A DNA stretch of 59,828 nucleotides, counting the filler. It is 4 parts of 4 records of this genome, joined end to end, with 100 filler letters (N's around TTAATTAATTAA, not from the genome) between each part and the next. Parts side by side here need not be neighbours in the genome. Positions count along the whole stretch, not along the records: positions 30,708 to 45,157 come from SRR2962707_3102; positions 45,258 to 50,489 come from SRR2962707_3107; 2 more parts are not named here. One strand, 5' to 3'. Positions 39,229-48,573 of this stretch are shown one piece after another (position 1 is the first letter of the stretch; the number at the start of each line of letters is the position of its first letter). The notes under the pieces were generated by a model. That model was not told the DNA's origin. It worked only from the letters and a program-made list of their open reading frames with translations, and made no database searches. The position numbers were made by a program, and so were the translations under genes.

Positions 39229-40413
39229 TTACGCTGACCTGTAGAGTTTAGTCATTGAGAATTCACGATGACCAAGTGTTTCAGCAGCTGTTGTTCTGCC
39301 ATTTGCAGTGCGGACGATCATTTCAATGAGTGCATCGCCTGCTTGCTCGATTGTCTGTTCGCGGGTCAATACGCCCGTAACGTCCAAATCGATGTGCTCA
39401 GACATTGTGCGTAATGTACGCGGATTGCCGGAGATCTTGATAACCGGCACGATTGGGTTACCAACAACATTGCCCTGACCCGTTGGAAATGTGTGGATCA
39501 CATAACCACCAGCTGCCATCAAAGTTACGCATTCAGCCGCAGCTGATGAGGAATCCATGAAGTAAAGGCCTGGGCCTTTGGCAGGTGTTTCAGCAGGTCC
39601 CATTGCATCGATGTAAGTTGATTTCTTACCGATTTTCTCAAGGTTGCCGAGTGCTTTTTCTTCGATCGTTGTCAGACCGCCCAAAATATTACCTTTGGTT
39701 GGCTGGCTGTCAGAAAGGTCATCAGTCTGGTGCGCGAAAATCACATCGTCCTGATAGGCTTTCCAGATTTCTTTGAACTTTGCAGCAGCTTCAGGGTTTG
39801 CAGCACGTTTTTCACAAATGTGCTCGGCGCCCGTGATCTCAGATGTTTCACCGAAACAGCCGTAAATGCCATGCGGCAACAATTTGTCATACATGTTGCC
39901 AACTGTTGGACATGAAGACAGACCTGTTGTCGTATCGCTTTCACCGCATTTTGTAGAAATCCACAAATCAGAAATAGGGCATTCTTCTTTTTGAAGCTCT
40001 GTTGCCCACTGAACGTATTCTTTGGCTTTCCAGCTGGCTTGGCGGATCGTTTCCAAATCGCCTTTTTGCTCAATTGAAATGCCCGTTACAGGCTTACCAG
40101 TCGCCGCAATGCCATCAACGATAACTTGCGTCCATTCAGGCTCAATACCGATCACAACAACAGCGGCAACGTTAGGGTTTGCACCCGTGCCAATGATTGT
40201 GCGGAAGTGCAAATCCAAATCTTCGCCGAACTGAAGACGACCATAGGCGTGCGGAATTGCCAGCGTGCCTTTGACATTGTTTGCAACAGCTTCACAGGCG
40301 GCGTTAGAAATATCGTCAACCGGTAGGATGAGGACATGGTTACGAACGCCAACGCGGCCATTTTCACGGCGCCATGCATTCACCGTTAGAGTGCTTAAAT
40401 CTTTTTCCATCAT
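39229..40413 (-). CDS. suyB: (2R)-sulfolactate sulfo-lyase beta subunit (UxaA family)
   Basis: [51 protein letters not shown] coupling to suyA. Confidence 0.88.
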   Translation of the reverse strand: MMEKDLSTLTVNAWRRENGRVGVRNHVLILPVDDISNAACEAVANNVKGTLAIPHAYGRLQFGEDLDLHFRTIIGTGANPNVAAVVVIGIEPEWTQVIVDGIAATGKPVTGISIEQKGDLETIRQASWKAKEYVQWATELQKEECPISDLWISTKCGESDTTTGLSSCPTVGNMYDKLLPHGIYGCFGETSEITGAEHICEKRAANPEAAAKFKEIWKAYQDDVIFAHQTDDLSDSQPTKGNILGGLTTIEEKALGNLEKIGKKSTYIDAMGPAETPAKGPGLYFMDSSSAAAECVTLMAAGGYVIHTFPTGQGNVVGNPIVPVIKISGNPRTLRTMSEHIDLDVTGVLTREQTIEQAGDALIEMIVRTANGRTTAAETLGHREFSMTKLYRSA

Positions 40414-40700
40414 TACCACCGTTTGGTTTTGCAATTTTGTGTGTGAACGTGCGTGCCGGTTTTCGCGTCACCGATCATTTTGCCGATGTCTTCGCCGTAT
40501 TTCAAAACGGTGTCGCCTGCAGACAAGTCTTTCAAAGCGACCTTATGGCCGATTGGAATGTCCTGAAGAACCGTCAGCTTAAAATCCGAATTGTCTTCGG
40601 TCACAACGCAAAGCATCTCCGTGCCTGCAGTGAGGCCTTCGACCACAACGACGCCGACACTATCGACGCGGTCGTGGACCAATAAATGAGGTTTACTCAA
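40413..40700 (-). CDS. suyA: (2R)-sulfolactate sulfo-lyase alpha subunit (SAF domain)
   Basis: [44 protein letters not shown] start, RBS GGGAG. Confidence 0.88.
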   Translation of the reverse strand: MSKPHLLVHDRVDSVGVVVVEGLTAGTEMLCVVTEDNSDFKLTVLQDIPIGHKVALKDLSAGDTVLKYGEDIGKMIGDAKTGTHVHTQNCKTKRW

Positions 40701-40757
40701 ATTACTTCTCCCAGTTTGTAGCTAAAATTAAATCCGATAATCCGAGCTAACAGATAC

Positions 40758-40779
40758 TTAGATCTTATACAAGATATAA
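40758..40779. promoter_or_regulatory. Putative GntR/HutC-family operator
   Basis: Imperfect palindrome TTAG-ATCTTATACAAGAT-ATAA upstream of suyA; half-site TTATATCTTAT near 40974. Confidence 0.6.
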
Positions 40780-41049
40780 TTTGAAAAGTTTCTCAAAGTT
40801 TTCTATTTGTTGCACAACAGAAAATTGAGAGGGGAGACTGATCAAGAGGCGAAGTGGAACAAAGCTATTGAAAAATCTGAGAAAAAGTCAGATTTTGGAC
40901 CCCGTGCAATTATGCTCAGGTTCGCTTTATAGGTGTTATTAATATTAAATTTGCAATCTGTATGATTTATAAATTATATCTATTACCCACTAAAGTGACT
41001 CATTGAGTCAGTTTGTAGAATTCCTCGTTGCTGATCGGGTCGAATATTT

Positions 41050-41802
41050 ATGGATCAAAAACAAACACTACTGACAGCCCAACCACTTTATAAGCGTGCA
41101 GAACAATTGATGATTGAGCGCATCGTTGATCGTGAATGGTTGCCCGGTGAATTATTGCCAAACGAATTTGTGTTGGCAGAGCAATTTGGTGTCAGCCAAG
41201 GCACCATTAGAAAATCACTTATGTCGTTAGAAAAACGCGGTTTGCTTGTTCGAAGCCCTGGCCGCGGGACGATGGTATCACGCACGACACCAGAAGAGGC
41301 ACTATTCAACTTCTTTAGGATCCGCAGCGCCGATGGTTCAATGGTTGTGCCTTTGACGCATCACGAAACGATCAAACGCAGAAAAGCAACGGCTGAAGAA
41401 AAATCTGTACTCCTGCCTAAAAGCGATGAAGTCTATGAACTGTTTCGCATTCGCAAAAGCGATGACCGGCTATTTGTCATGGAAACAATGCGTTTTAGTA
41501 CAACGCTGTGCGAAGGTATTGAAAATGATTTGCCTCTTCCAGCCTCACTGTATCCATACCTAAATCAAAGGTTCGGAATAACAGTGATGTCCGTGAAGGA
41601 ATCAATTGAGGCAGATGTTGCTGATGAAAGCATCGCTAAAAATCTAAAGATAGAAATTGGCACGCCGGTGCTGAAAGTCACGCGCCGTGCTTTTGATTTA
41701 GCAAACAGGGTGGTTGAGATTAGGCAGAGTATCTATCTGACCGGCTTTGCATCTTACCAAATAGACTTAGTGCGCGCAGAAACCGGCAAAACGCAATTCT
41801 AG
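41050..41802 (+). CDS. GntR family regulator (HutC/UTRA subfamily)
   Basis: PGELLPNE..LA..FGVSQGTIRK wHTH, PGRGT, UTRA domain. Confidence 0.92.
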   Translation: MDQKQTLLTAQPLYKRAEQLMIERIVDREWLPGELLPNEFVLAEQFGVSQGTIRKSLMSLEKRGLLVRSPGRGTMVSRTTPEEALFNFFRIRSADGSMVVPLTHHETIKRRKATAEEKSVLLPKSDEVYELFRIRKSDDRLFVMETMRFSTTLCEGIENDLPLPASLYPYLNQRFGITVMSVKESIEADVADESIAKNLKIEIGTPVLKVTRRAFDLANRVVEIRQSIYLTGFASYQIDLVRAETGKTQF

Positions 41803-41827
41803 CCGATGCTTCAATGAAAAAGGCTTG

Positions 41828-43078
41828 CTAAGAGGCAGGGTTCTGCAAATTACGCTGATGCCTGTCCTCAAGCGCAACGCAGCCCCAAACAATGCCGAGC
41901 AATAGATAGAAATGACGCCAATGGTCGGTGTCAATGATGTTGCCTAGAAGCAAATGGCCAAAGAACACAATATAGGCGCACAGCAGCATGGGCTGCCAAG
42001 GACGGTTGCGAAATAGAATTTTAAGGCCCGCACCAAGCGTCCAAATCACCAATGTGACATAGGCCGCAAAACCGAGCCACGAATAATCAAGCAGTGCTTT
42101 GAGCCAAATATTATGGGTGTCTTCGCCATAGATCAGGCCAAACTGCAAAATGCCGATACCAAATGGTTTTTCCATCGCCAATTGATAGCCGATGAGATGG
42201 CGAGCAAAACGCCCTAAGCGCGCACCGTCATAATCTTGGATAAGCCGTGCACGATTCAAAAACACATCTCGGACGGAATCAAATTGCAGCGCCACTATCA
42301 AAATCAAAGCAAAAGCGATCAGCGCACAAATGGATAAAACGAAAATACGCAAACGAAATGCGTTAGATCGATTATTAATCAAAAGGGCTAAAACCAGCAT
42401 AAATCCACTTAGTATCAACAGGCCCCATCCACCGCGCGAGAACGATAAAAATATAGCTGCGCCGAGGATCAGCAAAGCGAAAATTTGCGGAATGACACGT
42501 TGAAAGGGCTTTGTCAGCAGTTCATGAAGGCAATAAATCGCAGGCAAAATAAGGAAAGGAGCGAAAACATTGGGGTCCTGAAATGCACCTTTCGCGCGGC
42601 CAAAGCGCGTGAACACTTCTGCCCCGGGCAGTGCATTGAAATAACCCAAAATACCCAAAATGCTAGTTATGACAGCTGCAAATAAATAGCCGGAAAAAAT
42701 CAATCGAAGGCGTTCAGGCCTATCTGCAACAACCGCCGCAAAGAAAATCGCTGTAAAGCCCAGAAAGAACGATACCGCCACATAGATGAGGCCATCGCGC
42801 CAATCTGGCATCACCATCATCGAGATGATTCCACCGACATTGAATAAGATAATGAAAATGATCAGCGGGGCGATTGATTTGGGGATTTTCAATCCTAGCA
42901 AAACCCAAATGCCGATCAGGAGCGCCATAAACAATTCATAGGGCGCAGGCTCATTGATCACAAAGCCGGAAAGAAACGCACCAAACCAGATAGCAAAGCC
43001 GCCAAAGATTGCCGCTAAAGCGCGGTTCTTATTGGCGATCTGATTGCCGTATTGGGTATGGTGCGCAAAGTCGGTCAA
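41828..43078 (-). CDS. O-antigen ligase/Wzy family protein (UppF-like)
   Basis: RAKGAFQDPNVF, LSFSRGGW, DTHN, DTDHWRH; about 12 TMs. Confidence 0.85.
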   Translation of the reverse strand: MTDFAHHTQYGNQIANKNRALAAIFGGFAIWFGAFLSGFVINEPAPYELFMALLIGIWVLLGLKIPKSIAPLIIFIILFNVGGIISMMVMPDWRDGLIYVAVSFFLGFTAIFFAAVVADRPERLRLIFSGYLFAAVITSILGILGYFNALPGAEVFTRFGRAKGAFQDPNVFAPFLILPAIYCLHELLTKPFQRVIPQIFALLILGAAIFLSFSRGGWGLLILSGFMLVLALLINNRSNAFRLRIFVLSICALIAFALILIVALQFDSVRDVFLNRARLIQDYDGARLGRFARHLIGYQLAMEKPFGIGILQFGLIYGEDTHNIWLKALLDYSWLGFAAYVTLVIWTLGAGLKILFRNRPWQPMLLCAYIVFFGHLLLGNIIDTDHWRHFYLLLGIVWGCVALEDRHQRNLQNPAS

Positions 43079-44628
43079 TAGGCATTATCCGATTTAGTGA
43101 CGAGGCTAATAGGGGTCATCAAGAGGATTTTTAAATCCAGCCATAAAGACCAGTTCTCAATATAGTAAAGGTCGTATTCTGTGCGGAATTTAATCTTGTC
43201 GTCATTGTCGATTTCGCCGCGCCAGCCATTAATCTGCGCCCAGCCCGTGACACCTGGTTTAACGCGGTGGCGCGCAAAGTAACCATCGACCACTTCGCCA
43301 TAAAGTTTGTCGCGCGTTTGCGCATGGATGGCATGGGGGCGAGGGCCTACGAGTGAAAGATCGCCCCGCAAAGCGTTGAAAAATTGAGGCAATTCATCTA
43401 TAGATGTTTTGCGAATAAAGCGGCCAACGGGCGTAACCCGTGGATCGCCTTTCGTCACAGCATTGCGTGCTGTCTTATCTTCTTGATCGATATACATTGA
43501 ACGAAATTTGAAAACGCGGATGATTTCATTGTTAAAACCATGGCGCTCTTGAACAAATATGGCCGGACCTTTGGACGTCAGCTTTACTGCTAAATAGGCT
43601 CCCAGCATGATCGGCGACAAAATCATTATGCCGAGCAGGGAGAAAAAGATGTCAAAGGCGCGTTTAGCCACTGAATCCCAGTCTCGAATTGGGCGGTCAA
43701 ATATATCAAACATCGGAATGTTACCGATATAGGAATAGGTACGCGGCCGAAAGCGCAAATTATTGGAATGCGCGGAAAGTCGAATGTCCACAGGCAGTAT
43801 CCATAGTTTTTTGAGCATCGCTAGAACGCGGTTTTCCGCATCGAGCGGCAGGCAAACAATTAACATTGAGATATGGGCGCGGCGCGAGAATTCTACCAAT
43901 TCTTCGACATCGCCAAGCTTTGGATAGCCAGCAACCATCGGCGGCGAACGGACATCGTCGCGGTCATCAAATATCCCACAAATACGAATATCATTATCGG
44001 CTTCGCGCTCGATGCCGCGGATCAATTGTTCTGCGGCTTTACCGCCACCCACGATAACAGCACGGCGTTCCATGGTGCCGTCATGGGCCCAGCGCCGCAC
44101 GCGCGCGTTCAGCAATAGCCGCGTGAAGAACAGCAATACCAAGCCACCTAAGAACCAAAGGCCAAACCAAACGCGTGAAAACTCTTCTGACATTTTCAGA
44201 AAGAAAATGCAGATGAGAATAAGCGCCATTGTTGCACCCCATGCGAGAAAGATGCGTGGAAAATATTTAATGGAATGGCGAATAGACCTGATCTGATAGC
44301 CGTCCATAATGTGAGCACCAATCATATAAATGAAGGCACCGGCACCGCTGACAACAACGTATCGCCACGGCATATCGTCTAGATTGGAAAAGTTGATGGT
44401 CACATATCCAACAAGCGCTGAAATACCGATAAGGAATAATGATAAAAATTCAGCCAAGCGCAGTAAGCCCGAAACCATTGCGGGTGAGATTGTGTCCGTT
44501 CGGTATTCAGCAGCAATCCTTGCGGCTAAATCATTTAGCCGACCCTTCTTAACCGTAAGCTCTTCTCCATCATCGAACGCGGTAACATTTGTGCGGGAAA
44601 AGCGTTTTCTTGGGTCAAAATCATCCAT
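43075..44628 (-). CDS. Undecaprenyl-phosphate glucose phosphotransferase (UppE/WcaJ-like)
   Basis: KRAFDI, KFRSM, DPRVTPVGRFIRKTSIDELPQ, SLVGPRP, VKPGVTGWAQ. Confidence 0.93.
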   Translation of the reverse strand: MDDFDPRKRFSRTNVTAFDDGEELTVKKGRLNDLAARIAAEYRTDTISPAMVSGLLRLAEFLSLFLIGISALVGYVTINFSNLDDMPWRYVVVSGAGAFIYMIGAHIMDGYQIRSIRHSIKYFPRIFLAWGATMALILICIFFLKMSEEFSRVWFGLWFLGGLVLLFFTRLLLNARVRRWAHDGTMERRAVIVGGGKAAEQLIRGIEREADNDIRICGIFDDRDDVRSPPMVAGYPKLGDVEELVEFSRRAHISMLIVCLPLDAENRVLAMLKKLWILPVDIRLSAHSNNLRFRPRTYSYIGNIPMFDIFDRPIRDWDSVAKRAFDIFFSLLGIMILSPIMLGAYLAVKLTSKGPAIFVQERHGFNNEIIRVFKFRSMYIDQEDKTARNAVTKGDPRVTPVGRFIRKTSIDELPQFFNALRGDLSLVGPRPHAIHAQTRDKLYGEVVDGYFARHRVKPGVTGWAQINGWRGEIDNDDKIKFRTEYDLYYIENWSLWLDLKILLMTPISLVTKSDNAY

Positions 44629-45157
44629 TTATTTTTACCCGCGTTTCTATCGCATCATTGTAAGTTTCAATCATTGAGCTAGCCATTGCTGAAATAGAAA
44701 ATTTCCTTTGAAGTCTTTTAAGGTCGGGCATTCGGTTGCGTAGCTCTTCCGGATTTTCTAACGCTAGGCGCATCCGTGCGGTTAGCAGGTCAATGTTCGG
44801 ATCAATAAGAACATCACGCGCATTGCCGAAAATTTCTGGAATACCGCCGACATTTGTTGCCACGAGCGATTTGCCTGCGCCAAGCGCTTCGAGCACAATA
44901 TAGGGCATTGCTTCCGCGCGCGATGGCATGACGACTGTTTTACCAAGCTTGAACGCGCCGCGGGCAGGCATGGCAGCGCGCATGGTTACGTTGGTGCGCA
45001 GGCCGCGTTCAACGATCAGCGCGTGAAGCTCATCGCGATAGTCGCCGTCGCCAACGATAACGGCGCTGATATTCTGTGCGCCTTCAGCTTTAAGCCGCGA
45101 AATTGCACGAACAAGCAGATCTGGACCTTTTAGTTCGCGCAATTCGCCGATGAATAC
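44621..45157 (-). CDS. GT4 glycosyltransferase (UppD-like), 5' partial
   Basis: GELRELKG, PSRAEAMPYIVLEA, TNVGGIPE; open to the contig end. Confidence 0.88.
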   Translation of the reverse strand, partial: VFIGELRELKGPDLLVRAISRLKAEGAQNISAVIVGDGDYRDELHALIVERGLRTNVTMRAAMPARGAFKLGKTVVMPSRAEAMPYIVLEALGAGKSLVATNVGGIPEIFGNARDVLIDPNIDLLTARMRLALENPEELRNRMPDLKRLQRKFSISAMASSMIETYNDAIETRVKING

Positions 45158-45257
45158 NNNNNNNNNNNNNNNNNNNNNNNNNNNNNNNNNNNNNNNNNNN
45201 NTTAATTAATTAANNNNNNNNNNNNNNNNNNNNNNNNNNNNNNNNNNNNNNNNNNNN
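45158..45257. other. Artificial contig linker
   Basis: N44-TTAATTAATTAA-N44. Confidence 0.98.
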
Positions 45258-45547
45258 ACCCACCCACCCACCCACCCACGCACGCACTTCACACACACGC
45301 ACGCACGCACGCACCCATGCACACGTGCACTCACCTCCTTGTTGGTTCTTTCGCGCAGCTGCCAAGTTCCAAGAAGGCATCTGTGCAGGGGAAGGCAGGC
45401 GACCGGGAAGCCGTCAGCAGCAGCAGCAGCAGCAACAAGACTGATCTTCACTCTCGCGGCGTTGTTGCTTCGAGTCTCGCGACGACTGTGGCAGAAGCAA
45501 GACGTGTGTGTGTGTGTGGGGTGGGGGGTGGGGGGTGGGGGGGGGGG
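45258..45547. repeat. Eukaryotic simple-repeat zone
   Basis: (ACCC)n, (CA)n and (GCAC)n at the contig start; (CAG)6 at 45415-45432; (GT)n plus G-runs at 45504-45547. Confidence 0.9.
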
Positions 45548-45828
45548 AAAGCAGAACTTGCGTCTGCCGGAGTGGCGGGTTTTTGGCAATAGAACTGGAC
45601 GGAGAAGGCAAAAGAGTGCAGCTCAAACCACCCCTGCGGGACCACGCACAATCGTTGTTGAGGCGCCACTAACACTAGTGCTTTCGACGCATTGTATGCC
45701 ACCACCATCACGGTGGCACGGCTCGAAAAAAAAAAAAAGAGATTCAATAGTCTTTCACTGCAGCACTCCTCTCCTCACTCACCCTTGCCAACTTGAACCA
45801 CAAAGGTACACAAGCTCTTCTTTCAAAA

Positions 45829-46505
45829 ATGCTCCAAGCCATCCGCACCACAGCTCGCCAGTCTGCTCTTGCACTGCAGCGGTCAGCCATTCGTGCCCAC
45901 CGAGGCGTCCATACCGAAAAGGTGATGGCGGAAAAAGGAATCGTTCTGCCCCCTTTTCAGCCAGCAGTTTGGTCGTACGTCAAGTGCCAGCGCGATGGCA
46001 ACACACTTCACATTGGGGACCATGTTGGCCAGGACGAGGACAACGTCACCGTGCGTGGAAAGGTCGGTGAGGGCGAAGGATTAGTTTCACCCGAGCAAGC
46101 GACCGAGCTTTCGGCACAGGCAGCACTTCGCATGCTTTCAACTTTGTCTGACTACCTCGACGGGGACCTGGATCGGGTGGAACAAGTAATCAAGGTTGGT
46201 TGTGCCAGCTATACTTGTCTAGCGTGCTTTTGTGGACACAGTTTTGTCGCTTGCGTTTCTGCCTCGTGGTTGACTTTGCTTTGACGCTGATGGGTTCGTG
46301 AATGTTCTTGCGTGCATGATCAAAGGTGACCGGGTTCGTCAACGGCGTTCCGGACTTTATTGGCCACGGAAAGGTTGTGGATGGGTGCTCCAACATGCTC
46401 GTCGAAGTTCTCGGTGACCGTGGCAAGCACGCACGTTCATGCGTTGGCACAGGATCCCTCCCAGCAGCTGTGTCCATGGAGATGAGTGTCCGAGTCCGAG
46501 ATTAA
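45829..46505 (+). CDS. RidA/YjgF family protein, two exons (45829-46194, 46326-46505), 181 aa, mitochondrial-type presequence
   Basis: Exon 1 ends DLDRVEQVIK. After a GT..AG intron the frame continues VTGFVNGVPDF...GKHARSCVGTGSLP...RVRD*, restoring the family motif KVTGFVN. Confidence 0.88.
46195..46325 (+). other. Spliceosomal intron (131 nt, phase 0)
   Basis: AAG|GTTGGT...TTGAC/CTGAT...ATCAAAG|GTG; contains an in-frame stop. Confidence 0.85.
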
Positions 46506-46698
46506 TTTAAACTTTGAAAAGCAAATAGAATTTGCGGCGCTGCTGCTCCTTCAACCGAGAGGAGTGGAGTACGTTTAGCACGGCAACCAAGCTGCTTGGG
46601 CAGTGCGCCTCAGAACTTCTGCAAAGCATACTGTGGTTCTTCTAACTAGTTTTATTTTTCAACCAAAACGTTTCTATCTTGCCAAAAAGTATGCTTGT

Positions 46699-48573
46699 TC
46701 ATGGGCGAGGGAAATCACATCCTGCGGCTGACGCCACTTTGCCGCCCACAACAGTGCGTGTTGCACCAGTGCACGAGGGCGCAAAGTTGGCGTAGCCGTT
46801 GCGGCAGAGGAAGCCAAAAATGGCATACATTGCATTCTCCCACGTCTCTTCTTCGAGCCCAATGTCGTCGAGGGTGCGGATCGTGAGGCCGTTCACGTCT
46901 TCATTCAATTGGTCGGCGAGGTGGGCTCGCAACCGCTCCATCCAGAACTTGTTGTTGGTGACTCCACCACGCACCACCACGTCGTGCAGAGGGCGGTCGA
47001 CCACGTGCTCACCGCCGAAGCGACGGCAGGCAACAACAATTTGTTTTGTCGAATGGTCTGTAAGGGTAGCAAGGAAGTCTTCTTTGGACAAACCGAGCTC
47101 GTCAATCGCGCGAGTGCGCCATTTGCGGAACAGCTCTTGCGGGAAGTCATCAGGACCCACTCCGATCGGCAGCTCGGTCTGTTTGTAGTAGCGCCACTGC
47201 ATCATCTCCTCCACAAGTCCTTCGTGGATCTTGCCTGACCGCGCAATGCGCCCTTCGTCGTCATAGGGCAGGGTTGGGTCAATATCAGCGGTTGCAAGGT
47301 CCATGAAGAAGACGCCAAGCCCTGGATCCAGCCCGTGCGGGAGGGTGGATGCCTGGGGCCCTGCCCGTGGCGGGCAAAACGTCACACTAGAGGTTCCACC
47401 GACGTTAATGGCAACTCGCCAGGCGTCCTCGGTCTCCTGTCCGTCAGGGCGGAGCATGACGCTGTCGTAGGTGCACGTGCACGGCGTGCCGTTGCCGCCA
47501 GCGGCCACGTCGGCTGGTCGGAAATCTCCAGCCGTTGTGATGCCTGTGTTGACGGCAATGACCGACAAGTCGCCCAGCTCCCAGTGCGGGTGTCCAGAAA
47601 TAGTCTGCCCGTGGGATCCAATGAGGTCCACGGACGATTTGTCCACGCCAGCCTCCTCGAGGAGGCGTTCCACACGATCGGCGAACATGCGGCCCAGGCG
47701 GTAGTTGGCCAGTGCATAGTCGTTGCCGTCTTCGCAGCGCAGAGCGCGCAGTTTCAACACGAATGCACGCTCTTCCTCGGTAAAACTGTAGGTCTTGTTC
47801 GCAAGCGTCTTGTACGACAATCGGCCAGCGAGCTTGTTCAAGTCCAACTTTGCATCGCCTTCGTCGAGAAGGCCGTCCTTGAGGGTGATGTCGAAGATTC
47901 CCACGTCAATACCATCCACAGCGTTGCCGGATTGGAGGCCCACGACCCGCATGTTCAGATCATTGTTGCCTCCTTCACGGGCGGCAGCTGCCGCCTCGGC
48001 TTCCTCGCGCGTGCACTTCAGGACGGTTGTTGCGCGATCGCGGGCTGCATCCAAATATGTCACCACTTCAGAGTAGCGCGATTTCACGAACGCAGTTCGG
48101 CTGGCAACGTTGTCAACATGCACGGTCGTGTAAATTTCCTCGATTTTGCCTCCCGCAACTTCAGGGCTGAAGATGCCGTCTGCAGGGTCGACGGAGGCCT
48201 GGGTGAGCTTGGCTCCGATGCGGTGCCCACGCACGTCAGGGTGCACCACAAACTCGTGAATGAAGGCGCCCTTTCCTTCGGCTCCAGTGCCGTTGATCTG
48301 GTGCCAGTACTCGCTCCCAACTCCTGCCGAGATGAAGCCCACAAGTTCGTCCTGAAGGAAAGCTCCCCAGACGACTGTTTCGCCCGTGGGGAGCTTGCCC
48401 AGGTGTTCTCGCACTGGTTCGTCCGGGATAAAATTGTGTGGAGTGGAGCCGTGGGTTTTGTTGAATTCAAAGAGCGTGTCCACGCAGAAACTGGGGGGAA
48501 GGCGCTTGCAAACCACCTCCTTCGCGGCGGCAGCGGCGCTTCCACTGAACGCTCTGCGAAGAATAGTTGCCAT
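46699..48573 (-). CDS. GNAT acetyltransferase fused to an anhydro-N-acetylmuramate/levoglucosan kinase family domain (624 aa)
   Basis: GNAT motif A IHEFVVHPDVRGHRIGAKL. Kinase motifs VVGLQSGNAVDGID, IGSHGQT, GDFRPADVAAGGNG, INVGG, YDDEGRIARSG, PSCTGA. Confidence 0.85.
   Translation of the reverse strand: MATILRRAFSGSAAAAAKEVVCKRLPPSFCVDTLFEFNKTHGSTPHNFIPDEPVREHLGKLPTGETVVWGAFLQDELVGFISAGVGSEYWHQINGTGAEGKGAFIHEFVVHPDVRGHRIGAKLTQASVDPADGIFSPEVAGGKIEEIYTTVHVDNVASRTAFVKSRYSEVVTYLDAARDRATTVLKCTREEAEAAAAAREGGNNDLNMRVVGLQSGNAVDGIDVGIFDITLKDGLLDEGDAKLDLNKLAGRLSYKTLANKTYSFTEEERAFVLKLRALRCEDGNDYALANYRLGRMFADRVERLLEEAGVDKSSVDLIGSHGQTISGHPHWELGDLSVIAVNTGITTAGDFRPADVAAGGNGTPCTCTYDSVMLRPDGQETEDAWRVAINVGGTSSVTFCPPRAGPQASTLPHGLDPGLGVFFMDLATADIDPTLPYDDEGRIARSGKIHEGLVEEMMQWRYYKQTELPIGVGPDDFPQELFRKWRTRAIDELGLSKEDFLATLTDHSTKQIVVACRRFGGEHVVDRPLHDVVVRGGVTNNKFWMERLRAHLADQLNEDVNGLTIRTLDDIGLEEETWENAMYAIFGFLCRNGYANFAPSCTGATRTVVGGKVASAAGCDFPRP

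Noticed and set aside
45206-46070. ORFs of 91-243 aa at the start of the eukaryotic contig
   Set aside because: Translations of microsatellites or ORFs running into the N linker.
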